Sequence record: KJ190157
DNA: 64,000 bases
Source of the DNA: Escherichia phage vB_EcoS_FFH_1
Reading direction: 5' to 3' (one strand)
Part shown: positions 1-8,151 of the stretch, piece after piece
How positions within the stretch are numbered: position 1 is the first letter of the stretch
Layout: every line of letters starts with the position of its first letter
Notes under the pieces: generated by a model
What the model saw: the letters and a program-made list of their open reading frames with translations, nothing else
What the model was told of the DNA's origin: nothing
Databases searched by the model: none
Translations under genes and position numbers: made by a program

Positions 1-148
1 TAGGGATTGTACTGTATATGTAGAAATTCTTTATATTACTCTCTCCGCCACAGAAATTTTTAGCAAATTCATACTCTTTATTAATGGTTGAGTCAAGTTT
101 AAAACAACCAGTAAGTAGGAATACAGATAGCAATAAAACTTTCTTCAT
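1..148 (-). CDS. Lipoprotein, N-terminal 49 codons only (runs off window edge)
   Basis: Reverse strand reads ATG at 148-146 then MKKVLLLSVFLLTGC..., a signal peptide with LTGC lipobox; no stop before position 1; a conserved early promoter sits just upstream at 181-209. Confidence 0.45.
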   Translation of the reverse strand, partial: MKKVLLLSVFLLTGCFKLDSTINKEYEFAKNFCGGESNIKNFYIYSTIP

Positions 149-180
149 TTTGCTTTCCTTCTCTTCACTTTATAAAATAT

Positions 181-209
181 ATTATACAGAGAATTAAGTA
201 AAATAGCAA
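181..209 (-). promoter_or_regulatory. Conserved early promoter (-35 TTGCTA, 17 nt spacer, -10 TATAAT)
   Basis: Plus strand shows attata at 181-186 and tagcaa at 204-209, i.e. TATAAT and TTGCTA on the minus strand. Confidence 0.6.
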
Positions 210-601
210 ATGAATTTTTAATAAATTTACTTATTGTGTAGGCCACCTGGAGGCTATGAACCCCACGGCTGACAAAGAAGTTTGCGAGACTTCTCTTAAA
301 AGCCAGAATAGACCCGCCGATCTATCGGAACCTACATAATAAGTAAACTTTATAGTGTCATTCTAGACAGGACTCGAACCTGTTATCACTTGTGCGGACT
401 TACGAGAACCATTCTTTCACTCGAATCGAACGAGCTTCTGCCCTAGCCAAGCTGGTTTCCCCATCAACCACGCTAGAATGTTTGATTGTTTTCAGTGCAA
501 GAGTCCGAGTCTTGGACACGACCGCTTCGCAAGTACATAGGCAGCTTATCATGAGTCAGCACTTCCGAATTGCTAGCCCCGTGTTCTGCACTGAAATTTT
601 A

Positions 602-949
602 TTAGTTTAACCGTAAAGTATTATCTACTTCACCATTAATTGTTCGGCATTCCTCTGGGATTGCCGGTGTAGCCTTGTATTCCCACCACTCAGCACCATC
701 ATATTCCCCACGTTCTAGCCAAGTTCCATCGGCAAACCATACATTACCATAAAGTAATTGTCCACCGTATCCAGAATCATATTCAAAGTCTAGGTTATTA
801 AGAAACCCCTCAATGTCTTCTTCTGTATAATCTAAAGGTAATACCCAGACTTTTTTGTCCCCATAATACCCAAATTCTATTTTAATACACTTAACTTTAG
901 AATTGGTATTTTTTAAGGCGAGTAACAGCTCTTCTTTAGCATTACGCAT
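602..949 (-). CDS. Hypothetical protein (115 aa)
   Basis: ORF in the same orientation as the tRNA cluster; no recognisable motif. Confidence 0.45.
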   Translation of the reverse strand: MRNAKEELLLALKNTNSKVKCIKIEFGYYGDKKVWVLPLDYTEEDIEGFLNNLDFEYDSGYGGQLLYGNVWFADGTWLERGEYDGAEWWEYKATPAIPEECRTINGEVDNTLRLN

Positions 950-974
950 AGTATATTCTCATACTGAATTAAGT

Positions 975-1051
975 TGGCGCGACCGATGGGATTTGAACCC
1001 ACATTCTCTCCCGTGACAGGGGAGTACCATTACCAAGCCAGCCCCGGTCGC
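975..1051 (-). tRNA. tRNA-Asp (anticodon GTC), CCA encoded
   Basis: Manual fold: 7 bp acceptor GCGACCG/CGGTCGC, anticodon loop CTGTCAC, T-arm GTGGG-TTCAAAT-CCCAT. Confidence 0.8.
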
Positions 1052-1060
1052 ATAATTCAT

Positions 1061-1246
1061 TTACTCAGCTTTGAGTTTTTCAATAGCTGCATTAAGTTCT
1101 TTAAGAAACTCTTTTCGTACATTAAGACGATTGAGACTTACTAGTATATCGTGTTTAAGTTCTTCGATGTATTTCTTTTCAACTTCAATATTGTTGATAG
1201 TGCTATCACGATGAACTTCTAGCTGCGCAATTACATTCTTGGACAT
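1061..1246 (-). CDS. Hypothetical protein (61 aa)
   Basis: Short ORF between tRNA genes. Confidence 0.35.
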   Translation of the reverse strand: MSKNVIAQLEVHRDSTINNIEVEKKYIEELKHDILVSLNRLNVRKEFLKELNAAIEKLKAE

Positions 1247-1348
1247 GCTTGTTTCCTCAGTTATTAATGAAAATGGTATCTGTGGCTGAATTCGATGTCA
1301 GCAATGATAGCTGGTTGGCTACCGGTTTACTTAACTCTACACAGAATT

Positions 1349-1431
1349 TGGCGGGCCGTGTAGGATTCGAACCTACGTTGTCTTTCGACATGGATTAACA
1401 GTCCACCGCCAAACCGCTTGGCTAACGACCC
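1349..1431 (-). tRNA. tRNA-Asn (anticodon GTT) with an atypical 13 nt variable arm
   Basis: Acceptor GGGTCGT/ACGGCCC, anticodon stem-loop GTGGA-CTGTTAA-TCCAT, T-arm GTAGG-TTCGAAT-CCTAC, CCA encoded; extra hairpin TGTC-GAAA-GACA in the variable region. Confidence 0.55.
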
Positions 1432-1583
1432 TAAATTTATATTGCTGACTAGGATTTTCACCTAGACGGAGTTAGCACCGTAGCGTGTAGCGGCATACCT
1501 CTCCAAACCGTGCCTCATCTTTCAATTACGGAGACAGTGTTCCTACGCGTGCCTGAATTGATTCAACAATTCTTCCAGCAAAT

Positions 1584-1659
1584 TGGACGACCGCATGAGA
1601 TTTGAACTCACATAAAAAGGATTTGCAATCCTTCGCCTAAGCCCTTCAGCCAACGGTCG
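1584..1659 (-). tRNA. tRNA-Cys (anticodon GCA), CCA encoded
   Basis: Acceptor CGACCGT/GCGGTCG, anticodon arm AAGGA-TTGCAAA-TCCTT, T-arm GTGAG-TTCAAAT-CTCAT. Confidence 0.75.
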
Positions 1660-1707
1660 GTTTATCTTGTTCTGTCATGTTGCTTCTCCAGTTCAATTTA
1701 TGTAATT

Positions 1708-1736
1708 ATTATACAGAACTTTTGGAAACTAAGCAA
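1708..1736 (-). promoter_or_regulatory. Conserved early promoter, positioned to drive the downstream tRNA genes
   Basis: Minus strand reads TTGCTT-17 nt-TATAAT (plus aagcaa 1731-1736, attata 1708-1713). Confidence 0.55.
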
Positions 1737-2016
1737 CTACATTTTTTAAGAATTTGATGCCTTTCTTTTTCTTCTTATATTTCCACGTTAATGGATTCTG
1801 TCGATTATGAACGCTTGAGATCTTTGTCTCGTCAAAGTTCTTCAATATCATGTAATCACAGGATAATTGTTCTAGTAGAATGTGATCACCGTCAAAAGCG
1901 TATACATAAGGCTGTTGACTAACACGATAATGATAGACTTTGTTAATTCTACGTTTCAGCGACTTATCAGCGCAGTAAATAAAGAAGTTTTCAGGATGCA
2001 TCAGCAGCTCCTTCAA
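1729..2016 (-). CDS. Hypothetical protein (95 aa, lysine-rich C-terminus)
   Basis: ORF; no recognisable motif. Confidence 0.4.
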   Translation of the reverse strand: MKELLMHPENFFIYCADKSLKRRINKVYHYRVSQQPYVYAFDGDHILLEQLSCDYMILKNFDETKISSVHNRQNPLTWKYKKKKKGIKFLKNVVA

Positions 2017-2018
2017 TT

Positions 2019-2093
2019 TGGTGCACCCTGTTCGTATCGAACGAACCTCTCAAGCTCTTCAGGCAAGCGCTAATCCATCTCAGCTAAAGGTGC
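2019..2093 (-). tRNA. Probable tRNA-Phe (anticodon GAA); anticodon stem imperfect
   Basis: Acceptor GCACCTT/AGGGTGC, loop CTGAAGA, T-arm GTTCG-TTCGATA-CGAAC, CCA encoded; only 3 of 5 anticodon-stem pairs. Confidence 0.5.
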
Positions 2094-2099
2094 AAATTT

Positions 2100-2176
2100 T
2101 GGCAAACCTACTAGGACTCGAACCTAGACCGTACGGTTTTGGAGACCGACATGCTGTCCAGTAACACTCTAGGAAT
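2100..2176 (-). tRNA. Possible tRNA-Trp (anticodon CCA); acceptor stem has two mismatches
   Basis: T-arm CTAGG-TTCGAGT-CCTAG, anticodon loop CTCCAAA, CCA encoded; T-T mismatches in acceptor stem as read. Confidence 0.4.
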
Positions 2177-2184
2177 GCAGAAAT

Positions 2185-2261
2185 TGGCGTCCTGTGCGGG
2201 GATCGAACCCGCAAATCCTACCTTGAAAGGGTAGTGACTTTACCAGTTTGTCTAACAGGAC
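2185..2261 (-). tRNA. tRNA-Glu (anticodon TTC), CCA encoded
   Basis: Perfect acceptor GTCCTGT/ACAGGAC, anticodon arm CTACC-CTTTCAA-GGTAG, T-arm GCGGG-TTCGATC-CCCGC. Confidence 0.8.
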
Positions 2262-2268
2262 TTAAATT

Positions 2269-2359
2269 TGGTGTTGGATGATGGAGTCGAACCACCCGAG
2301 ACCCTTCCGAGTCGGCAGATTTACAGTCTGCTTCGCTACCTCTACGATACTAATCCAAC
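2269..2359 (-). tRNA. tRNA-Tyr (anticodon GTA), long variable arm, CCA encoded
   Basis: Perfect acceptor GTTGGAT/ATCCAAC, anticodon arm GCAGA-CTGTAAA-TCTGC, T-arm GGTGG-TTCGACT-CCATC; 91 nt. Confidence 0.75.
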
Positions 2360-2489
2360 ATATTTAGAAGTATTCAAAAATTCTCATTTAAACACTTTTA
2401 AATATGTTTTCAAATTAGGTAACTATTATACCAAGTTTTAAGGCACTGAGCAAGTCAAATTTTAAAGAACTTGCTCAGTGCTATATTAG

Positions 2490-2765
2490 TTAGTCGAACT
2501 TAGGAGTGACAGTTAAGGAGAACGGAAGTTCGAAAACTTCTTCACCCTCATTACTAACGGTAACTACACGACCTTTAAGTTCAGACATTAAAATATCAAT
2601 ATCAGCTTTTGCATCTGGAGCCATGCCAGCTTCAATACATTTAGCTTTAACCTCCGGTAGAAGATCTACGTTATAGAGATAGAGCCACTCAATCTCACCT
2701 TCCCAGTCTTCCCAGGATTTGCAGATTGCACTTTCAATACCAGTTGCTGCAACACGATTTTGCAT
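2490..2765 (-). CDS. Hypothetical protein (91 aa)
   Basis: ORF; a long inverted-repeat hairpin lies just downstream at 2446-2482. Confidence 0.45.
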   Translation of the reverse strand: MQNRVAATGIESAICKSWEDWEGEIEWLYLYNVDLLPEVKAKCIEAGMAPDAKADIDILMSELKGRVVTVSNEGEEVFELPFSLTVTPKFD

Positions 2766-2855
2766 TCGTTAACTCCTTCATCAATTTATACAACTATTAT
2801 ATCAGAAATTTAAAGCAAAAGGCAAGTACATTTTTAAAAATTCTGTTTGGAGGAG

Positions 2856-3062
2856 CTAAACTCCAGATTCTTCAGCTAAGTCTAGGCTAATAAGAGTTAT
2901 AGCCATAATTGCTGCACCGTGTTCTTTTTCTCCGGTGTTTTTAGCAGAGTCTATAATAGTCTTAATCTGTTCGTAATAGCCTTTTACTTCTTGTTCAATA
3001 CCTGCCTCGGCTATCATGCCTTTAGTCATGATTCGTTGCATAGTAATTTCACGGTTAGCCAT
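2856..3062 (-). CDS. Hypothetical protein (68 aa)
   Basis: ORF. Confidence 0.4.
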   Translation of the reverse strand: MANREITMQRIMTKGMIAEAGIEQEVKGYYEQIKTIIDSAKNTGEKEHGAAIMAITLISLDLAEESGV

Positions 3063-3222
3063 GATGTTTCTCCAGCTTCATTTTTAATAGTTTACAAATG
3101 AAATCAACGTCTTCATCTGTACCTAGATCTCTATCTTCAAGAGTTGCCTTGAAGTTTTTAGTCAATTCCATGAGGATAACTTCTCTAGAACGACGTGTTG
3201 GCGGAGGTGGATGTCTATACAT
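3055..3222 (-). CDS. Hypothetical small protein (55 aa, MYRHPPPPTRR...), below the ORF-track cutoff
   Basis: Hand translation; ATG at 3222-3220 preceded by AAGGAAATAAG; its stop overlaps the start of the next gene. Confidence 0.3.
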   Translation of the reverse strand: MYRHPPPPTRRSREVILMELTKNFKATLEDRDLGTDEDVDFICKLLKMKLEKHHG

Positions 3223-3237
3223 CTTATTTCCTTAGTT

Positions 3238-3314
3238 TGGTAGGGGTGGTGGGATTCGAACCCACAAAACCTGAATTTTAAGTCCAGTACCTATGCCAAT
3301 TCGATTACACCCCC
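3238..3314 (-). tRNA. tRNA with anticodon TAA (Leu by anticodon) but a short class-I variable loop
   Basis: Acceptor GGGGGTG/CACCCCT, anticodon arm CTGGA-CTTAAAA-TTCAG, T-arm GTGGG-TTCGAAT-CCCAC, CCA encoded. Confidence 0.6.
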
Positions 3315-3321
3315 GTGTAGT

Positions 3322-3510
3322 TTAGTCAATTACTTTTGAGGCTTCAAGGTAGTCGATATAGTGTATGTTTTCTACCGTAATCATATAATCTGCCACTTTA
3401 TCCATAGCTTGGGCTTCAGAGGTAGCTCTGGCTAACCTATATCCTTTTTTATATTCATCCGGGTATTCTCTATCTTGGATAAACACAACATAAACTATAT
3501 ATAGATCCAT
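3322..3510 (-). CDS. Hypothetical protein (62 aa)
   Basis: ORF. Confidence 0.4.
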   Translation of the reverse strand: MDLYIVYVVFIQDREYPDEYKKGYRLARATSEAQAMDKVADYMITVENIHYIDYLEASKVID

Positions 3511-3529
3511 TTGTGACCTCTATTTAATT

Positions 3530-3607
3530 TGGTGGCTCCCCGAGGATTCGAACCTACGTACCTTCCGGTTATGAGCCGGGTGCTCATACCATATGAGCTT
3601 GAGAACC
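3530..3607 (-). tRNA. tRNA with anticodon CAT (Met, fMet or Ile2 type); weak T-stem
   Basis: Anticodon loop CTCATAA, D-arm GCTC...GAGC, acceptor GGTTCTC/GGGAGCC with G-U pairs, CCA encoded. Confidence 0.55.
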
Positions 3608-3613
3608 AGAATT

Positions 3614-3702
3614 TGGCGGAAGAAGCGGGAATCGAACCCACAAGGCTATATTTCAAACCGACAGATTAGCAATCTGCTGCAATACCGTTATGCTATTCTT
3701 CC
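3614..3702 (-). tRNA. tRNA-Ser (anticodon GCT), long variable arm, CCA encoded
   Basis: Perfect acceptor GGAAGAA/TTCTTCC, anticodon loop TTGCTAA, T-arm GTGGG-TTCGATT-CCCGC; 89 nt. Confidence 0.75.
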
Positions 3703-3723
3703 GAATTTATAAGATATATTATA

Positions 3724-4245
3724 TTAGAAATTTAGCTTCATAGCAAGAAAATTTTTCAAGTTTTCGGTAGACATCTCATCCACATCTACGGGAGAAACAA
3801 AGCCGTTTAATTTTCTAGCAAATTTTTCACCCGCAGGATCATTGTCCCCAACAGCTACCAATTTAAAAGGTAGTAATTTCAGTTGCTTTAATAACGCTTT
3901 TCCTGGAGAAGAACCCAACATTGCTAGGGCTGGATAACCAGCATTATGTAACGCAACTGCCTTAAATACAGATTCAGCAATCAATACTACTTTTTCATCT
4001 CCATTGAGAGTTTCTAGTCCCCATACACACTGGGTAGTAGAATAAGTAAAGTATTTAGCTTCAAAGGGGCACTTACCATGACCTTTTGGAGCAGAAGGAT
4101 TATAAGTTTGATAGCCCCTCAACATCCCGGAGAAGTCATACAACGGGACTGTTAGCCATCCTTCCGGACTTAACCAGCAATGATATTTATCTGTATCAAA
4201 TCCTCTAGATAAGAGGTGCTGTGTTAGCTCATCAACATTCATATT
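3724..4245 (-). CDS. Toprim-domain protein (DnaG-type fold), about 173 aa
   Basis: Conserved glutamate in LIAESVF and the acidic motif VGDNDPAGE; start taken at the internal ATG (4245) with RBS GAAAGAGGAA, because the longer ORF would overlap the promoter at 4273-4301. Confidence 0.55.
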   Translation of the reverse strand, partial: NMNVDELTQHLLSRGFDTDKYHCWLSPEGWLTVPLYDFSGMLRGYQTYNPSAPKGHGKCPFEAKYFTYSTTQCVWGLETLNGDEKVVLIAESVFKAVALHNAGYPALAMLGSSPGKALLKQLKLLPFKLVAVGDNDPAGEKFARKLNGFVSPVDVDEMSTENLKNFLAMKLNF

Positions 4246-4272
4246 TGGTTCCTCTTTCAAATTTATAGATAT

Positions 4273-4301
4273 ATTATACAGAGAATTTAGCATTCAAGCA
4301 A
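4273..4301 (-). promoter_or_regulatory. Conserved early promoter (TTGCTT-17-TATAAT)
   Basis: Plus attata 4273-4278 and aagcaa 4296-4301. Confidence 0.6.
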
Positions 4302-4417
4302 TCAAATTTTTTAACTTTTTAGAGGAAAATCATAGGGCACTTAAGGATAGCAGATAAGTGGTGAGGACCAAAATTTGTGACCCCACTAAAAATCCTGGGG
4401 CAATTTTTAAAGACCCC

Positions 4418-4446
4418 TTGACATTTTCGCTGGGGTAGTGTAAAGT
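4418..4446 (+). promoter_or_regulatory. Sigma70-type promoter with consensus -35 TTGACA (spacer 17, -10 TAAAGT)
   Basis: ttgacattttcgc at 4418-4430; the same 13-mer recurs at 33016; drives the antisense plus-strand cassette. Confidence 0.45.
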
Positions 4447-4509
4447 ATATGTTATGGATGAGTGATCAAATAGACACACATTTTCTATATACTAGGAGGT
4501 GTCAAAAAA

Positions 4510-5492
4510 TGACAGAAGAAGTAACTAAGAGTCCTGAGACCGTCGCTAGCGTTGCAGCAGAATTGCACCGTCACGAGGAATCAGATAAGAAAAAGTGGGA
4601 GAAGGTCAGAGCCTACGAAGAAAAACATCGTGAACACGATGATAAAGAAGATGATGATGAACATTGTCATAAATATGGAAAACATAAAATGCAAGAACCA
4701 GTAAACGTATTCACTAGTGGCTTCCCTGGCCTACTGGGTGGTTATCCAGCAAACGCAAGTGCTTTCGGTGGTGAAGGTATGGGACTATTCGGAGCTATCC
4801 TAATCGGTGCTCTATTAACAGGCGGATTCGGTGGTTTCGGTGGATTCGGCGGACGTGGTGTAGTTGGTGAAGGTACCGCAGTTGATGCAGTACTTCAGAA
4901 CCAAGATACCGCTAGTATTCTAGCAGCTATTAACACTACTCGTACAGAAGCTAACCAGGGTACTGGAGCTGTTTTAAGCGCAGTTAACAATGGTTTTAGC
5001 CAGACATCCCAAAACCAGAGCCGTGATACTCAGTCTGTACTGACTACGATCTATGGTACAGGTGCTAATCTGTCTAATCAGATCTGTCAGGAAACTCGCA
5101 ACGTTATTCAGGGTCAGTTCGATCTTTCTCGCCAGATTGATCAATCTTTCGCAGCTAATCAGATAGCTCGTGCACAAGATAAGTTTGATTCTGCACAGAT
5201 CGCTTTCCAGCAGACTTTACAAACTAATAACCAGTTTGCCGCTGTTCAGGCTCAGATGTGTGCTAATCAGAACTCTCTGGAACGTCAGATCGCTGAATGT
5301 TGCTGTGAACTTCAGACTGCGATCGCTGGTGTAACTACTGCGCGTATCCAGGATGAGTTAGATGCATGTCGTCTACGTGAAGCAATCGCTGCGGGTAACG
5401 GTGCTAACGGTCAGGTAATTAATCAAATCGCTGTAAGTCTTGGTGCTATAACTCAGACTCTGGCTGGTCTGCAGGCTAAACTGCCGGCTTAA
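4510..5492 (+). CDS. Low-complexity membrane protein: charged N-terminus, one hydrophobic helix followed by GGFGGFGGFGG, then an N/Q/T/S/A-rich C-terminal region
   Basis: Start taken at the ATG after GGAGG (4510); codon usage biased to GGT/GCT/CGT/CTG unlike neighbouring AT-rich genes; opposite strand to flanking genes. Confidence 0.5.
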
Positions 5493-5513
5493 TATTAAGG
5501 GGAGGAGCCCATT

Positions 5514-5930
5514 ATGAGTAAATATGGTTTTGTAAATAACGGACTTAATCAAAGTATGGGCTCCCAGCAGCCCCTGCCTGGTCTGGATAACCCCTACTTA
5601 CAACAATTGCAACAGCGTTTAGCAGAAGCGCAACAGATGCAGCAACAACTCCAGCAAAACCCTGGAAGTGTGAGTCCTATGCAAATGATGCAGCAAATGA
5701 GCGGGCAGTCGCAAATGCCTCAACAAATGCAGCAACAGGTGCCTCAGCAGCAAGTTCAGCAACAAACCCAACAACCGCAGGTTTCTGCGGAAGGACAGGC
5801 AGTACTAGCCCTTTTCGAAGACTTCGCAAAGACAGAGGATGGGAAACAGCTTGTATCACTTATGGGTAAGTTTAATAGCTTCTGCCAAAGCCAAGTTGCA
5901 AAAGCTCAAAATGGTGGTAATAACTCCTAA
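5514..5930 (+). CDS. Glutamine-rich low-complexity protein (138 aa)
   Basis: RBS GGGGAGGAG upstream; roughly 40 percent Q in the central region. Confidence 0.5.
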   Translation: MSKYGFVNNGLNQSMGSQQPLPGLDNPYLQQLQQRLAEAQQMQQQLQQNPGSVSPMQMMQQMSGQSQMPQQMQQQVPQQQVQQQTQQPQVSAEGQAVLALFEDFAKTEDGKQLVSLMGKFNSFCQSQVAKAQNGGNNS

Positions 5931-5939
5931 GGAGAAATT

Positions 5940-6134
5940 ATGTGTTGCAGAAAACCTGTTTCGTGCTGCCCAATGCCTGTAGCACGTTGTTGCTCTCCAG
6001 CAATGTTTACACAAATACCGGCGTTCAATCCCTTTGCCTTTAAGCCTACTCTTATCCTGCCCCCTAGAGTAGATTTTCAGTCAAGATTGGCCTCCCGTAT
6101 GGGTGGTTGCTGTACACCGAGAGTGTGGTTCTGA
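5940..6134 (+). CDS. Small cysteine-rich protein (64 aa; CC pairs)
   Basis: RBS AAGGAGAAA 5 nt upstream of ATG; followed by an intrinsic terminator. Confidence 0.4.
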   Translation: MCCRKPVSCCPMPVARCCSPAMFTQIPAFNPFAFKPTLILPPRVDFQSRLASRMGGCCTPRVWF

Positions 6135-6150
6135 AGAACCAAACAATAAA

Positions 6151-6186
6151 GCCCCTAGTCGAAAGACTTAGGGGCTTTTCTGTATT
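6151..6186 (+). terminator. Intrinsic terminator ending the plus-strand cassette
   Basis: GC hairpin gcccctag...ctaggggc followed by a T-run. Confidence 0.6.
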
Positions 6187-6190
6187 TAAG

Positions 6191-6230
6191 ATAAAAGAAA
6201 AGCCCTGCGCTCTCCAGGGAACGCAGGGCT
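6191..6230 (-). terminator. Intrinsic terminator downstream of the SPFH gene
   Basis: Hairpin agccctgcg...cgcagggct with an A-run on plus (U-run on the minus transcript). Confidence 0.5.
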
Positions 6231-6254
6231 TACTTCAGATGTTACATGCGGATA

Positions 6255-7202
6255 TTATTTATTACGCATATCCATGATCATTTGACCATCGTAGCCAGTA
6301 CCTACCACAGTCTGTGGTACACCACCTTGATATTTCTGAGCACGAATCATTTCGACTTCCAGTTGTTTCCAACGAATCATCTCAGGAGTAATGGTACGTT
6401 GCAGTGCGGCGTTAGCTTCAGCTTCTTTCTTAGCTGCGTACAGTTTAGCATCTGCGTCACGTTCATTAGCGATAGCTTGGTTGTTGCGAGCTTCACGATC
6501 TGCTTCTGCTTGTTTAACTTTTTGCTGTGCTTCCTGTTCAACACGAGCTAATTCAGCTTTAGCAGCATTAACCTGTTCTTCACGAACTTTGGTATTCTGT
6601 ACCTGTTCCATGATTACCGGTGGCAAAGTAATATCCTGAAGGAATACCTGCTTAACTGTGTAACCATATGGGCGTGCATACTCTTCAACTTCCTGTTGAA
6701 TTGCAGTTTGCAATTGAGCCTGAATTTTAGCATCAAACAAATCTTGTGCTTTAGGTACAGACTTACCAAACTCACGAATAGTAGACAGTAATTTTTCAGT
6801 TACATATTTGTCTAACGCTTGATCCTGAGTACCTGCGTTAATACGGTTAATTGGTGCCTTAGAACCATCAAACTGCAACATAACAGTCAGGTCAACAGTG
6901 GATTTAAACTTATCCTGGCTAGGAACCTGAAGTTTATCTAATTTTACAGCAATATCTTTTGTACTAAAAGTGTCGAAAGATGCAAATGGGTTTACAAGAT
7001 GGAAACCTGGTAATACTGGGTTAGGATCTACTTTACCCAGAAATGTTTGGGTTTTAACCGTACCATCAGAAACAATAGTATATGAATTAAAGGCTAGAAT
7101 CAAGCCTGCTAAACCAACTACAGCACCAATACCCCAACGTTTAATAGTACGAATTACTTTCTGCTCAGAAGTCAGTTCTTTCATATTTTTAGTATTAAAC
7201 AT
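6255..7202 (-). CDS. SPFH/band-7 (prohibitin/HflK-HflC-like) membrane protein
   Basis: N-terminal transmembrane helix, SPFH-like core, long coiled-coil A/E/Q/K-rich C-terminus; RBS AAGGAA. Confidence 0.65.
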   Translation of the reverse strand: MFNTKNMKELTSEQKVIRTIKRWGIGAVVGLAGLILAFNSYTIVSDGTVKTQTFLGKVDPNPVLPGFHLVNPFASFDTFSTKDIAVKLDKLQVPSQDKFKSTVDLTVMLQFDGSKAPINRINAGTQDQALDKYVTEKLLSTIREFGKSVPKAQDLFDAKIQAQLQTAIQQEVEEYARPYGYTVKQVFLQDITLPPVIMEQVQNTKVREEQVNAAKAELARVEQEAQQKVKQAEADREARNNQAIANERDADAKLYAAKKEAEANAALQRTITPEMIRWKQLEVEMIRAQKYQGGVPQTVVGTGYDGQMIMDMRNK

Positions 7203-7236
7203 ATATTTCCTTTGTTTTAGTTACAGTTAATAAAAT

Positions 7237-7311
7237 TGGCCGAGGTGACAGGATTCGAACCTGCATAAAGGAATTTAGAAGACTCCTGCCTCTCCCTTAG
7301 ACTACACCCCG
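7237..7311 (-). tRNA. tRNA-Arg (anticodon TCT), CCA encoded
   Basis: Acceptor CGGGGTG/CACCTCG, anticodon arm GGAGT-CTTCTAA-ATTCC, T-arm GCAGG-TTCGAAT-CCTGT. Confidence 0.7.
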
Positions 7312-7812
7312 TTTAAATATTTTTAAGAACTCTCGTAAAAACTCTTAAAAATACAGACGATACCGGGAGAGTCATAAGTCTCACTCATTAAGTATTTCAA
7401 GACAAAATACAGTAACGTCTATTATTTTCCAGTTTAAGTCAGGGTGACTTAGTGGTTATGTCCTGCGGTATATTGAGGACTCGGTTAGGCTTGGGGTCAT
7501 GACTTCCCGCCTTTTGCTGCTACTCAACAGGAGTTATCGCGAATTACCTGTGCTATTGTGCACCATTAGTGACATCTCTCATGTCAGCATTTCCCACTTT
7601 GTGGATAGCTTGAAAAACTACTCCGATATGGAGAAAAACTTCACTATCCTAGAATACCTTCTAAAGTTCTTCTTTAGCCTGGACATAGTTAAAGCGTAAT
7701 AAAACTATTCAGCAGACTGGTTGGTTAGTCTGGAACCAACTACCGCGTGGTTTAGGCAGTGCGCAACTAACCTCGGAAGCTTTTACGTTAAAAGCATCAG
7801 TTATCCAGTTCT

Positions 7813-7884
7813 TACCGACCGTAGGATTCGAACCTACATCTTCCACCAGTTACGGCTTGATAATACCAATTATACTAGGACGGC
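7813..7884 (-). tRNA. tRNA-like element or pseudo-tRNA; anticodon stem does not pair
   Basis: Good T-arm GTAGG-TTCGAAT-CCTAC and a 6 of 7 acceptor stem; no CCA encoded. Confidence 0.3.
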
Positions 7885-8122
7885 AGTGTTACTACATAAG
7901 TGATTTCCACACCCCACTATTTATAAATTAGAGAAGAGTTTAGGGGAGAGGTTTCAGACGCCTCATTTTACACGTTCTAGCCACTAACCGGGATTGCCGC
8001 CCCCTGTGTACTAGTTTTACAACTAACCCACCGACTCTATTCAACGAATCTTAGTGCTCGACGCATCTTACATTAAGACAAGTTCAGCGTAATCGGCTCG
8101 CTGTTCTCTAATTTATGAATAT

Positions 8123-8151
8123 ATTATACAGAATTTATAAGCATTTAGCAA
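8123..8151 (-). promoter_or_regulatory. Conserved early promoter (TTGCTA-17-TATAAT)
   Basis: Plus attata 8123-8128 and tagcaa 8146-8151. Confidence 0.6.

Noticed and set aside
392-610. Plus-strand ORF (72 aa) from the six-frame track
   Set aside because: Overlaps the tRNA-like elements in a minus-strand-transcribed region, has no RBS, and is opposite to all neighbouring genes; likely spurious.
2446-2482. 13 bp perfect inverted repeat (gcactgagcaagt ... acttgctcagtgc), considered as a terminator
   Set aside because: No U-run follows it in either orientation, so it is not called an intrinsic terminator; it could be an operator or processing site.
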